The notes beneath the pieces were generated by a model. The model was given only the letters and a program-made list of their open reading frames with translations, did no database searches and was not told where the DNA came from. DNA of 64,000 nt from Nemertoderma westbladi (Eukaryota > Animalia > Xenacoelomorpha). Numbering within the stretch: the first letter of the stretch is position 1; each line of letters opens with the position of its first letter. Below are positions 40,141 to 50,864 of the stretch, piece by piece. The stretch lies in the NCBI GenBank assembly GCA_032718475.1, contig JAUCBJ010000517.1, forward strand, positions 22,948 to 86,947, given 5' to 3'. A program made the translations under genes and the position numbers.

Positions 40141-40347
40141 TACTTTTACCACCAAATATATTTTATTTTACTTTTTCGCCGGGAAAAAAAGTAAAATCAA
40201 TGCAATCCTACGGGTTACTTTTTTCCCTAGAGAAAAAATAGCAACTTTTTTCGCGCGATTTTTGTCTTCGAGCGAAAAAGTAACAATTTAAGAATAAAAA
40301 ATAATTATTAACATTAAAAATCCATAGCCCTTGAAATAAACGTTGAG

Positions 40348-43300
40348 AGTGAACAGTACCAGTAGGACTCACTTACATTGGGGTAGTGAACGGTAGCACT
40401 TAGGACTCACTTACATTGGGGTAGTGAACAGTAGCAATAGGACTCACTTACATTGGGGTAGTGAACGGTAGCACTTAGGACTCACTTACATTGGGGTAGT
40501 GAACGGTAGCAGTAGGACTCACTTACATTGTGGTAGTGAACAGTACCAGTAGGACTCACTTACATTGGGGTAGTGAACGGTAGCAGTAGGACTCACTTAC
40601 ATTGGGGTAGTTAACAGTAGCAGTAGGACTCACTTACATTGGGGTAGTGAACGGTAGCAGTAGGACTCACTTACATTGGGGTAGCGAACGGTAGCACTTA
40701 GGACTCACTTACATTGTGGTAGTGAACAGTACCAGTAGGACTCACTTACATTGGGGTAGTGAACGGTAGCAGTAGGACTCACTTACATTGGGGTAGTGAA
40801 CGGTAGCACTTAGGACTCACTTACATTGGGGTAGTGAACGGTAGCAGTAGGACTCACTTACATTGGGGTAGTGAACGGTAGCAGTAGGACTCACTTACTT
40901 TGGGGTAGTGAACGGTAGCAGTAGGACTCACTTACATTGGGGTAGTGAACAGTAGCAGTAGGACTCACTTACATTGGGGTAGTGAACAGTAGCAGTAGGA
41001 CTCACTTACATTGGGGTAGTGAACAGTAGCAGTAGGACTCACTTACATTGGGGTAGTGAACGGTAGCAGTAGGACTCACTTACATTGGGGTAGTGAACGG
41101 TAGCAATAGGACTCACTTACATTGGGGTAGTGAACGGTAGCACTTAGGACTCACTTACATTGGGGTAGTGAACGGTAGCACTTAGGACTCACTTAGATTG
41201 GGGTAGTGAACAGTAGCTTAGGACTCACTTACATTGGGTTAGTGAACGGTAGCAGTAGGACTCACTTACATTGGGGTAGTGAACGGTAGCAGTAGGACTC
41301 ACTTACATTGGGGTAGTGAACAGTAGCAGTATGACTCACTTACATTGAGGTAGTGAACAGTAGCAGTATGACTCACTTACATTGAGGTAGTGAACAGTAG
41401 CAGTAGGACTCACTTACATTGGGGTAGTGAACGGTAGCAGTAGGACTCACTTACATTGGGGTAGTGAACGGTAGCAGTAGGACTCACTTACATTGGGGTA
41501 GTGAACGGTAGCATTTAGGACTCACTTACATTGGGGTAGTGAACGGTAGCACTTAGGACTCACTTACATTGGGGTAGTGAACGGTAGCAGTAGGACTCAC
41601 TTACATTGGGGTAGTGAACGGTAGCAGTAGGACTCACTTACATTGGGGTAGTGAACGGTAGCAGTAGGACTCACTTACATTGGGGTAGTGAACGGTAGCA
41701 GTAGGACTCACTTACATTGGGGTAGTGAACGGTAGCATTAGGACTCACTTACATTGGGGTAGTGAACAGTAGCAGTAGGACTCACTTACTTTGGGGTAGT
41801 GAACGGTAGCAGTAGGACTCACTTACATTGGGGTAGTGAACAGTAGCAGTAGGACTCACTTACATTGGGGTAGTGAACAGTAGCAGTAGGACTCACTTAC
41901 ATTGGGGTAGTGAACAGTAGCAGTAGGACTCACTTACATTGGGGTAGTGAACGGTAGCAGTAGGACTCACTTACATTGGGGTAGTGAACGGTAGCAATAG
42001 GACTCACTTACATTGGGGTAGTGAACGGTAGCACTTAGGACTCACTTACATTGGGGTAGTGAACAGTAGCTTAGGACTCACTTACATTGGGTTAGTGAAC
42101 GGTAGCAGTAGGACTCACTTACATTGGGGTAGTGAACGGTAGCAGTAGGACTCACTTACATTGGGGTAGTGAACAGTAGCAGTATGACTCACTTACATTG
42201 AGGTAGTGAACAGTAGCAGTATGACTCACTTACATTGAGGTAGTGAACAGTAGCAGTATGACTCACTTACATTGTGGTAGTGAACAGTAGCAGTAGGACT
42301 CACTTACATTGGGGTAGTGAACAGTAGCTTAGGACTCACTTACATTGGGTTAGTGAACGGTAGCAGTAGGACTCACTTACATTGGGGTAGTGAACAGTAG
42401 CAGTAGGACTCACTTACATTGGGGTAGTGAACGGTAGCAGTAGGACTCACTTACATTGGGGTAGTGAACGGTAGCTTAGGACTCACTTACATTGGGGTAG
42501 TGAACAGTAGCTTAGGACTCACTTACATTGGGTTAGTGAACGGTAGCAGTAGGACTCACTTACATTGGGGTAGTGAACGGTAGCAGTAGGACTCACTTAC
42601 ATTGGGGTAGTGAACAGTAGCAGTATGACTCACTTACATTGAGGTAGTGAACAGTAGCAGTATGACTCACTTACATTGTGGTAGTGAACAGTAGCAGTAG
42701 GACTCACTTACATTGGGGTAGTGAACAGTAGCAGTATGACTCACTTACATTGTGGTAGTGAACAGTAGCAGTTGGACTCACTTACATTGGGGTAGTGAAC
42801 AGTAGCTTAGGACTCACTTACATTGGGTTAGTGAACGGTAGCAGTAGGACTCACTTACATTGGGGTAGTGAACAGTAGCAGTTGGACTCACTTACATTGG
42901 GGTAGTGAACAGTAGCTTAGGACTCACTTACATTGGGTTAGTGAACGGTAGCAGTAGGACTCACTTACATTGGGGTAGTGAACAGTAGCAGTAGGACTCA
43001 CTTACATTGGGGTAGTGAACAGTAGCAGTAGGACTCACTTACATTGGGGTAGTGAACGGTAGCAATAGGACTCACTTACATTGGGGTAGTGAACGGTAGC
43101 ACTTAGGACTCACTTACATTGGGGTAATGAACGGTAGCACTTAGGACTCACTTAGATTGGAGTAGTGAACAGTAGCTTAGGACTCACTTACATTGGGTTA
43201 GTGAACGGTAGCAGTAGGACTCACTTACATTGGGGTAGTGAACGGTAGCAGTAGGACTCACTTACATTGGGGTAATGAACAGTAGCAGTATGACTCACTT

Positions 43301-45370
43301 ACATTGAGGTAGTGAACAGTAGCAGTATGACTCACTTACATTGTGGTAGTGAACAGTAGCAGTAGGACTCGCTTACATTGGGGTAGTGAACAGTAGCAGT
43401 ATGACTCACTTACATTGTGGTAGTGAACAGTAGCAGTAGGACTCACTTACATTGGGGTAGTGAACAGTAGCTTAGGACTCACTTACATTGGGTTAGTGAA
43501 CGGTAGCAGTAGGACTCACTTACATTGGGGTAGTGAACAGTAGCAGTAGGACTCACTTACATTGGGGTAGTGAACGGTAGCAGTAGGACTCACTTACATT
43601 GGGGTAGTGAACGGTAGCTTAGGACTCACTTACATTGGGGTAGTGAACAGTAGCTTAGGACTCACTTACATTGGGTTAGTGAACGGTAGCAGTAGGACTC
43701 ACTTACATTGGGGTAGTGAACGGTAGCAGTAGGACTCACTTACATTGGGGTAGTGAACAGTAGCAGTATGACTCACTTACATTGAGGTAGTGAACAGTAG
43801 CAGTATGACTCACTTACATTGTGGTAGTGAACAGTAGCAGTAGGACTCACTTACATTGGGGTAGTGAACAGTAGCAGTATGACTCACTTACATTGTGGTA
43901 GTGAACAGTAGCAGTAGGACTCACTTACATTGGGGTAGTGAACAGTAGCTTAGGACTCACTTACATTGGGTTAGTGAACGGTAGCAGTAGGACTCACTTA
44001 CATTGGGGTAGTGAACAGTAGCAGTAGGACTCACTTACATTGGGGTAGTGAACGGTAGCAGTAGGACTCACTTACATTGGGGTAGTGAACGGTAGCTTAG
44101 GACTCACTTACATTGGGGTAGTGAACAGTAGCTTAGGACTCACTTACATTGGGTTAGTGAACGGTAGCAGTAGGACTCACTTACATTGGGGTAGTGAACA
44201 GTAGCAGTAGGACTCACTTACATTGGGGTAGTGAACGGTAGCAGTAGGACTCACTTACATTGGGTTAGTGAACGGTAGCAGTAGGACTCACTTACATTGG
44301 GGTAGTGAACAGTAGCAGTAAGACTCACTTACATTGGGGTAGTGAACAGTAGCAGTAGGACTCACTTACATTGGGGTAGTGAACAGTAGCTTAGGACTCA
44401 CTTACATTGGGTTAGTGAACGGTAGCAGTAGGACTCACTTACATTGGGGTAGTGAACAGTAGCAGTAGGACTCACTTACATTGGGGTAGTGAACGGTAGC
44501 AGTAGGACTCACTTACATTGGGGTAGTGAACGGTAGCTTAGGACTCACTTACATTGGGTTAGTGAACGGTAGCAGTAGGACTCACTTACATTGGGGTAGT
44601 GAACAGTAGCAGTAGGACTCACTTACATTGGAGTAGTGAATGGTAGCAGTAGGACTCACTTACATTAGGGTAGTGAACGGTAGCAGTAGGACTCACTTAC
44701 ACTGGGGTAGTGAACAGTAGCTTAGGACTCACTTACATTGGGGTAGTGAACAGTAGCAGTAGGACTCACTTACATTGGGGTAGTGAACAGTAGCAGTAGG
44801 ACTCACTTACATTGGGGTAGTGAACAGTAGCAGTAGGACTCACTTACATTGGGGTAGTGAACGGTAGCAGTAGGACTCACTTACATTGGGGTAGTGAACA
44901 GTAGCAGTAGGACTCACTTACACTGGGGTAGTGAACAGTAGCTTAGGACTCACTTACATTGTGGTAGTGAACGATAGCAGTAGGACTCTCTTACAATGGG
45001 GTGGTGAACGGTGAAGCAGTAGGACTCACTCACATTGGGGTGGTGAACAGTAGCAGTAGGACTCACTTACAATGGGGTAGTGAACGGTAGCAGTAGGACT
45101 CACTTACAATGAGGTAGTGAACAGTAGCAGTAGGACTCACTTACAATGGGGTAGTGAACGGTAGCAGTAGGACTCACTTACAATGGGGTAGTGAACAGTA
45201 GCAGTAGGACTCACTTACAATGAGGTAGTGAACAGTAGCAGTAGGACTCACTTACAATGGGGTAGTGAACAGTAGCAGTAGGACTCACTTACAATGGGGT
45301 AGTGAACGGTAGCACTTAAGACTCACTCACATTGGGGTGGTGAACAGTAGCAGTATGACTCACTTACATT
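40348..45370. repeat. Minisatellite B, ~37-bp unit, ~135 copies, each containing the exon-2 donor sequence
   Basis: GTAGGACTCACTTACATTGGGGTAGTGAAC(A/G)GTAGCA. The minus strand reads AAT|GTAAGTGAGTC, and the last unit overlaps the true donor at 45367. Confidence 0.98.
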
Positions 45371-45530
45371 TTAACTTGGGAAAAGGTATAGGTAGAGATT
45401 GCTCCCTGTTAAAGTAGTCCTCTATTATAACAGAAGATGAATTCAATAGATTCTTCCCCCTGATGACTGTCAAATTTCCAAGTTCTACTTTAACCGTAGT
45501 GTTAAATATCAACAAGTAACCATTAATTAC
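45368..45530 (-). CDS. EGFR: EGFR-family receptor coding exon 2 (receptor L domain)
   Basis: TACTAAC branch point (45541-45547), tttcag|GTA...AAA T|gtaagt, 163 nt, phase 0 to 1. VINGYLLIFNTTVKVELGNLTVIRGKNL resembles EGFR [26 protein letters not shown]. Confidence 0.9.
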
Positions 45531-46380
45531 CTGAAACATAGTTAGTAGATTCACAGTTGTAGACCTACAACAGTAGTGGTCGTTTGTGGGGGCCTCAGTG
45601 CAAGACGACCGGTAGGCCTACCACTATTTTAAACCGCTGTCTAGTCACCCTCTAGCGGGAGATTGGAGAACTACTGAACCAAAAGTTTGGTTCAATTTCA
45701 TCAAAGTATGACGGAGTTATTAGCCTTCAAACAAGTGCCGACAGACAGACCGATCCGTAACTAATTTACATGTAAATAAGTAACAAAACGAATTTATAGT
45801 TCCAATGCATGCGAATTTCGTCGGTATTGCATGTTGGGAACTAAGTACACAATACAATATGCTAAACAAGTATACCTCAATGGAATTTAGAAAATAAATA
45901 TCTCCTACTGTTGTATCGGATGCTATAAATGTACAAATTATTGAGAATTGTTGTAGTACATCCTTCGAGTTGCTTTAGACAATTGTAATGGTCGGTTGAG
46001 GGTGTTTAAGAGTCTATGTAACTATAAGTGGTACCAACACAGTTGCGTTTCGGTTTATTAAAGCAGGTTTCGTTCGTTGTTGTAGTCGGTGCAATAAACA
46101 AATAAACGACAATAATAACATTATATATCATGATGCTTTACTGTTACAGTATTGTGATTGTGCTTGTTCTATCTGTATCATTTGAGGATTCAAGAATTGA
46201 AGTTACAATTAATATTATTGTAGCACTATTACAGTAGCCTTCAGGTACTGTAAGGCTACTACTACTGTACTAATAATAGAGGTTAACTGTCACTTGCCCA
46301 ATGAGATAGTTTCCCAATAAAAATCACACGAGAAATATTCCCTATAGGTCACTTTCCCAATATGCCGCATAACTTCACTA

Positions 46381-49089
46381 TATTGTTGGGGCGCCAAGGA
46401 CAGTAGTGTGTATTGTTGTGGCGCCAAGGACAGTAGTGTGTATTGTTGGGGCGGCAATGGCAGTAGTGTGTATTGTTTGGGAGCCAAGGGCAGTAGTGTG
46501 TATTGTTGGGGCGCCAAGGACAGTAGTGTGTATTGTTGGGGCGCCAAGGACAGTAGTGTGTATTGTTGGGGCGCCAAGGACAGTAGTGTGTATTGTTGGG
46601 GTGCCAAGGCCAGTAGTGTGTATTGTTGGGGCGCCAAGGGCAGTAGTGTGTATTGTTTGGGAGCCAAGGGCAGTAGTGTGTATTGTTGGGGCGCCAAGGG
46701 CAGTAGTGTGTATTGTTGGGGCGGCAAGGACAGTAGTGTGTATTGTTGGGGCGCCAAGGGCAGTAGGCATAGTGTGTATTGTTGGGGCGGCAAGGACAGT
46801 AGTGTGTATTGTTGGGGCGCCAAGGGCAGTAGTATGTATTGTTGGGGCGGCAAGGGCAGTAGTGTGTATTGTTGGGGCACCAAGGGCAGTAGTTTGTATT
46901 GTTGGGGCGGCAAGGGCAGTAGTGTGTATTGTTGGGGCACCAAGGGCAGTAGGCATAGTGTGTATTGTTGGGGCGGCAATGACAGTAGTGTGTATTGTTG
47001 GGGCGCCAAGGACAGTTGTGTGTATTGTTGGGGCGGCAAGGGCAGTAGTGTGTATTGTTGGGGCACCAAGGGCAGTAGGCATAGTGTGTATTGTTGGGGC
47101 GGCAATGACAGTAGTGTGTATTGTTGGGGCGCCAAGGACAGTTGTGTGTATTGTTGGGGCGCCAAGGGCAGTAGGAATAGTGTGTATTGTTGGGGCGGCA
47201 AGGACAGTAGTGTGTATTGTTTGGGAGCCAAGGGCAGTAGTGTGTATTGTTGGGGCGCCAAGGGCAGTAGTGTGTATTGTTGGGGTGCCAAGGGCAGTAG
47301 TGTGTGTGTATTGTTTGGGGCGCCAAGGACAGTAGTGTGTATTGTTGGGGCGCCAAGGGCAGTAGTGTGTATTGTTGGGTTGCCAAGGCCAGTAGTGTGT
47401 ATTGTTGGGGCGCCAAGGGCAGTAGTGTGTATTGTTTGGGAGCCAAGGGCAGTAGTGTGTATTGTTGGGGCGCCAAGGGCAGTAGTGTGTATTGTTGGGG
47501 CGCCAAGGCCAGTAGTGTGTATTGTTGGGGCGGCAAGGACAGTAGTGTGTATTGTTGGGGCGCCAAGGACAGTAGTGTGTATTGTTGGGGCGGCAAGGGC
47601 AGTAGGCATAGTGTGTATTGTTGGGGCGGCAAGGACAGTAGTGTGTATTGTTGGGGCGCCAAGGGCAGTAGTATGTATTGTTGGGGCGGCAAGGGCAGTA
47701 GTGTGTATTGTTGGGGCACCAAGGGCAGTAGGCATAGTGTGTATTGTTGGGGCGCCAAGGGCAGTAGGCATAGTGTGTATTGTTGGGGCGGCAAGGACAG
47801 TAGTGTGTATTGTTGGGGCGCCAAGGGCAGTAGTATGTATTGTTGGGGCGGCAAGGGCAGTAGTGTGTATTGTTGGGGCACCAAGGGCAGTAGGCATAGT
47901 GTGTATTGTTGGGGCGGCAATGACAGTAGTGTGTATTGTTGGGGCGCCAAGGGCAGTAGTATGTATTGTTGGGGCGGCAAGGGCAGTAGTGTGTATTGTT
48001 GGGGCACCAAGGGCAGTAGGCATAGTGTGTATTGTTGGGGCGCCAAGGGCAGTAGGCATAGTGTGTATTGTTGGGGCGGCAAGGACAGTAGTGTGTATTG
48101 TTGGGGCGCCAAGGGCAGTAGTATGTATTGTTGGGGCGGCAAGGGCAGTAGTGTGTATTGTTGGGGCACCAAGGGCAGTAGGCATAGTGTGTATTGTTGG
48201 GGCGGCAATGACAGTAGTGTGTATTGTTGGGGCGCCAAGGACAGTTGTGTGTATTGTTGGGGCGCCAAGGGCAGTAGGAATAGTGTGTATTGTTGGGGCG
48301 GCAAGGACAGTAGTGTGTATTGTTTGGGAGCCAAGGGCAGTAGTGTGTATTGTTGGGGCGCCAAGGCCAGTAGTGTGTATTGTTGGGGCGGCAAGGGCAG
48401 TAGGAATAGTGTGTATTGTTGGGGCGGCAAGGACAGTAGTGTGTATTGTTTGGGAGCCAAGGGCAGTAGTGTGTATTGTTGGGGCGGCAAGGACAGTAGT
48501 GTGTATTGTTGGGGCGCCAAGGGCAGTAGGCATAGTGTGTATTGTTGGGGCGGCAAGGACAGTAGTGTGTATTGTTGGGGCGCCAAGGGCGGTAGTGTGT
48601 ATTGTTGGGGCGCCAAGGGCAGTAGTGTGTATTGTTGGGGCGCCAAGGGCAGTAGGCATAGTGTGTATTGTTGGGGCGGCAAGGACAGTAGTGTGTATTA
48701 TTGGGGCGGCAAGGACAGTAGTGTGTATTGTTTGGGCGCCAAGGGCAGTAGGCATAGTGTGTATTGTTGGGGCGGCAAGGACAGTAGTGTGTACTGTTGG
48801 GGCGCCAAGGACAGTAGTAGTGTGTATTGTTGGGGCGGCAAGGGCAGTAGTGTGTATTGTTGGGGCGGCAAGGACAGTAATGTGTATTGTTGGGGCGGCA
48901 ATGGCAGTAGTGTGTATTGTTTGGGAGCCAAGGGCAGTAGTGTGTATTGTTTGGGAGCCAAGGGCAGTAGTGTGTATTGTTGGGGCGGCAAGGACAGTAG
49001 TGTGTATTGTTTGGGAGCCAAGGGCAGTAGTGTGTATTGTTGGGGCGGCAGGGGCAGTAGTGTGTATTGTTGGGGCGGCAAGGGCAGTG
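46381..49089. repeat. Minisatellite C, 30/36-bp units, ~85 copies
   Basis: TATTGTTGGGGCGCCAAGGGCAGTAG(GCATAG)TGTG. It accounts for all the long repetitive ORFs on both strands. Confidence 0.98.
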
Positions 49090-50253
49090 GGTTTTGTTGG
49101 AGCGCTATGGGTATTGTTGGGGCTCTATGGGTATTGTTGGGGCAGAGATGGACACGGGCCGGGCCGGGCCGGGAAGGGCTTGGGCCGCATTCTAAACATT
49201 GGAAAGCCCGCTATTGTTGAATAATTATATTATCCAGTTAACAAAACACAATTAATATATTCAATTTTTGTTACATTTTTTTCACAAAATAAAATTAAAT
49301 ATCTATATTTATTTTCCTGAGGATTGTTTAAGATTTATTTTTGTCTTTGTTTAACTTTGTAATGTACCTTTTGCTTTTTTACAGACTCACATACATTGTT
49401 GGGGCGCTATGGGTATTGTTGGGGCGCTATGGGTATTGGGTGTGGTTGGGGCGATATGGGTATTGTTGGGGTGCCATGAGTATTGTTGGGGCGCTATGTA
49501 TATTGTTGGGGCGCTATGGGTATTGTTGGGGCGCTATGGGTATTGTTGGGGCGCTATGGGTAGGCCTATTGTTGGGGCGCTATGGGTACTGGGTGTGGTT
49601 GAGGCGCTATGTGTATTGTTGGGGCGCTATGTGTATTGTTGGGGCGCTATGGGTGTTGTTGGGGCGCTATGGGTATTGTTGGGGCGCTATGGGTATTGTT
49701 GGGGCGCTATGGGTATTATTGGGGCGCTATGAATATTATTGGGGCGCTATGTATATTGTTGGGGCGCTATGTATATTGTTGAGGCGCTATGGGTATTGTT
49801 GGGGCGCTAAGGGTATTGTTGGGGCGCTATGGGTAGGCCTATTGTTGGGGCGCTATGGGTACTGGGTGTGGTTGAGGCGCTATGTGTATTGTTGGGGCGC
49901 TATGTGTATTGTTGGGGCGCTATGGGTGTTGTTGGGGCGCTATGGGTATTGTTGGGGCGCTATGGGTATTGTTGGGGCGCTATGGGTATTATTGGGGCGC
50001 TATGAATATTATTGGGGCGCTATGTATATTGTTGGGGCGCTATGTATATTGTTGAGGCGCTATGGGTATTGTTGGGGCGCTAAGGGTATTGTTGGGGCGC
50101 TATGGGTATTGTTGGGGCGCTATGGGTATTGTTGGAGCGCTATGGGTATTGTTGGGGCGCTATGGGTATTGTTGGGGCGCTATGGGTATTGTTGGGGCGG
50201 TGTGGGTATTGTTGGGGCGCTATGGGTATTGGTATTGGGTGTGGTTGGGGCGC
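49090..50253. repeat. Minisatellite D, 20-bp unit, interrupted at ~49143-49394 by a TE-end-like insert
   Basis: TATTGTTGGGGCGCTATGGG shares the TATTGTTGGGGCG core with satellite C. Contains an internal ~280-bp block duplication. Confidence 0.95.
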
Positions 50254-50630
50254 CACAACCATTTATTTCGTTGTTGAGAATGTATAACCCGGTGAGAACA
50301 AGTTGCTGAATTTCGCAATATTATAAAGGCTACACTGACAAAAGTGAAAGTAACACATTGCCTTATGTCAATGAGGCAATTCTGCCGTGCAATGTAAAAA
50401 GACCGTAAGTCGCATTTTTCCAAAATTCACTTTTTCTGGGTCTAAAAAATGCGCTCTATCTAATGTTATAATCGAGAACACCGTATCTAATCTAGTTATC
50501 TATCTAATCTTTTAATGAAATTTACAGTCAACATATTCAATATCAAAAAGGTCATCACGGGTTGTTTGTGATTGTGATAAACAGTGTTGAGAATAGCTAT
50601 AGTTTAATGTAACAACCTTGTTCGACTAAC

Positions 50631-50864
50631 CTTAATCGAATTTAAGAAATCTAAAGGTTGATCTTCTGAGGGACGTAAACTCGTAATCTCAAGATTACCA
50701 ACGTATTCGCAACCTTTGTAATTACTCACTAACTTTTGGTACAGGTCGTAATTTGGGAAGGATAATCCATTGGATGTCCCCTCGCAGTCACAGTAAACCC
50801 CTACGGTTGCAACGACAAGTATTACAACCAATAAATGTCCGTATCGAATTCTAAAAGCAAACAT
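50631..50864 (-). CDS. EGFR: EGFR-family receptor first coding exon (signal peptide plus L-domain start)
   Basis: MFAFRIRYGHLLVVILVVATVGVYC signal peptide, then CEGTSNGLS...YKGCEYVGNLEITSL...LDFLNSIK|gttagt (phase 0). Resembles EGFR CQGTSNKLT...CEVVLGNLEITYV...LSFLKTIQ. Confidence 0.9.

Noticed and set aside
31713-45370. CRISPR-like appearance of 32-37-bp repeats
   Set aside because: Units are head-to-tail with no unique spacers, there are no cas genes, and the context is eukaryotic.
46290-50309. Long repetitive ORFs (821, 777, 938, 638, 322 aa) as real proteins
   Set aside because: They arise on both strands from stop-free satellite units, switch frame at ~47300, lack unique domains and lie within an intron that splits an L domain.
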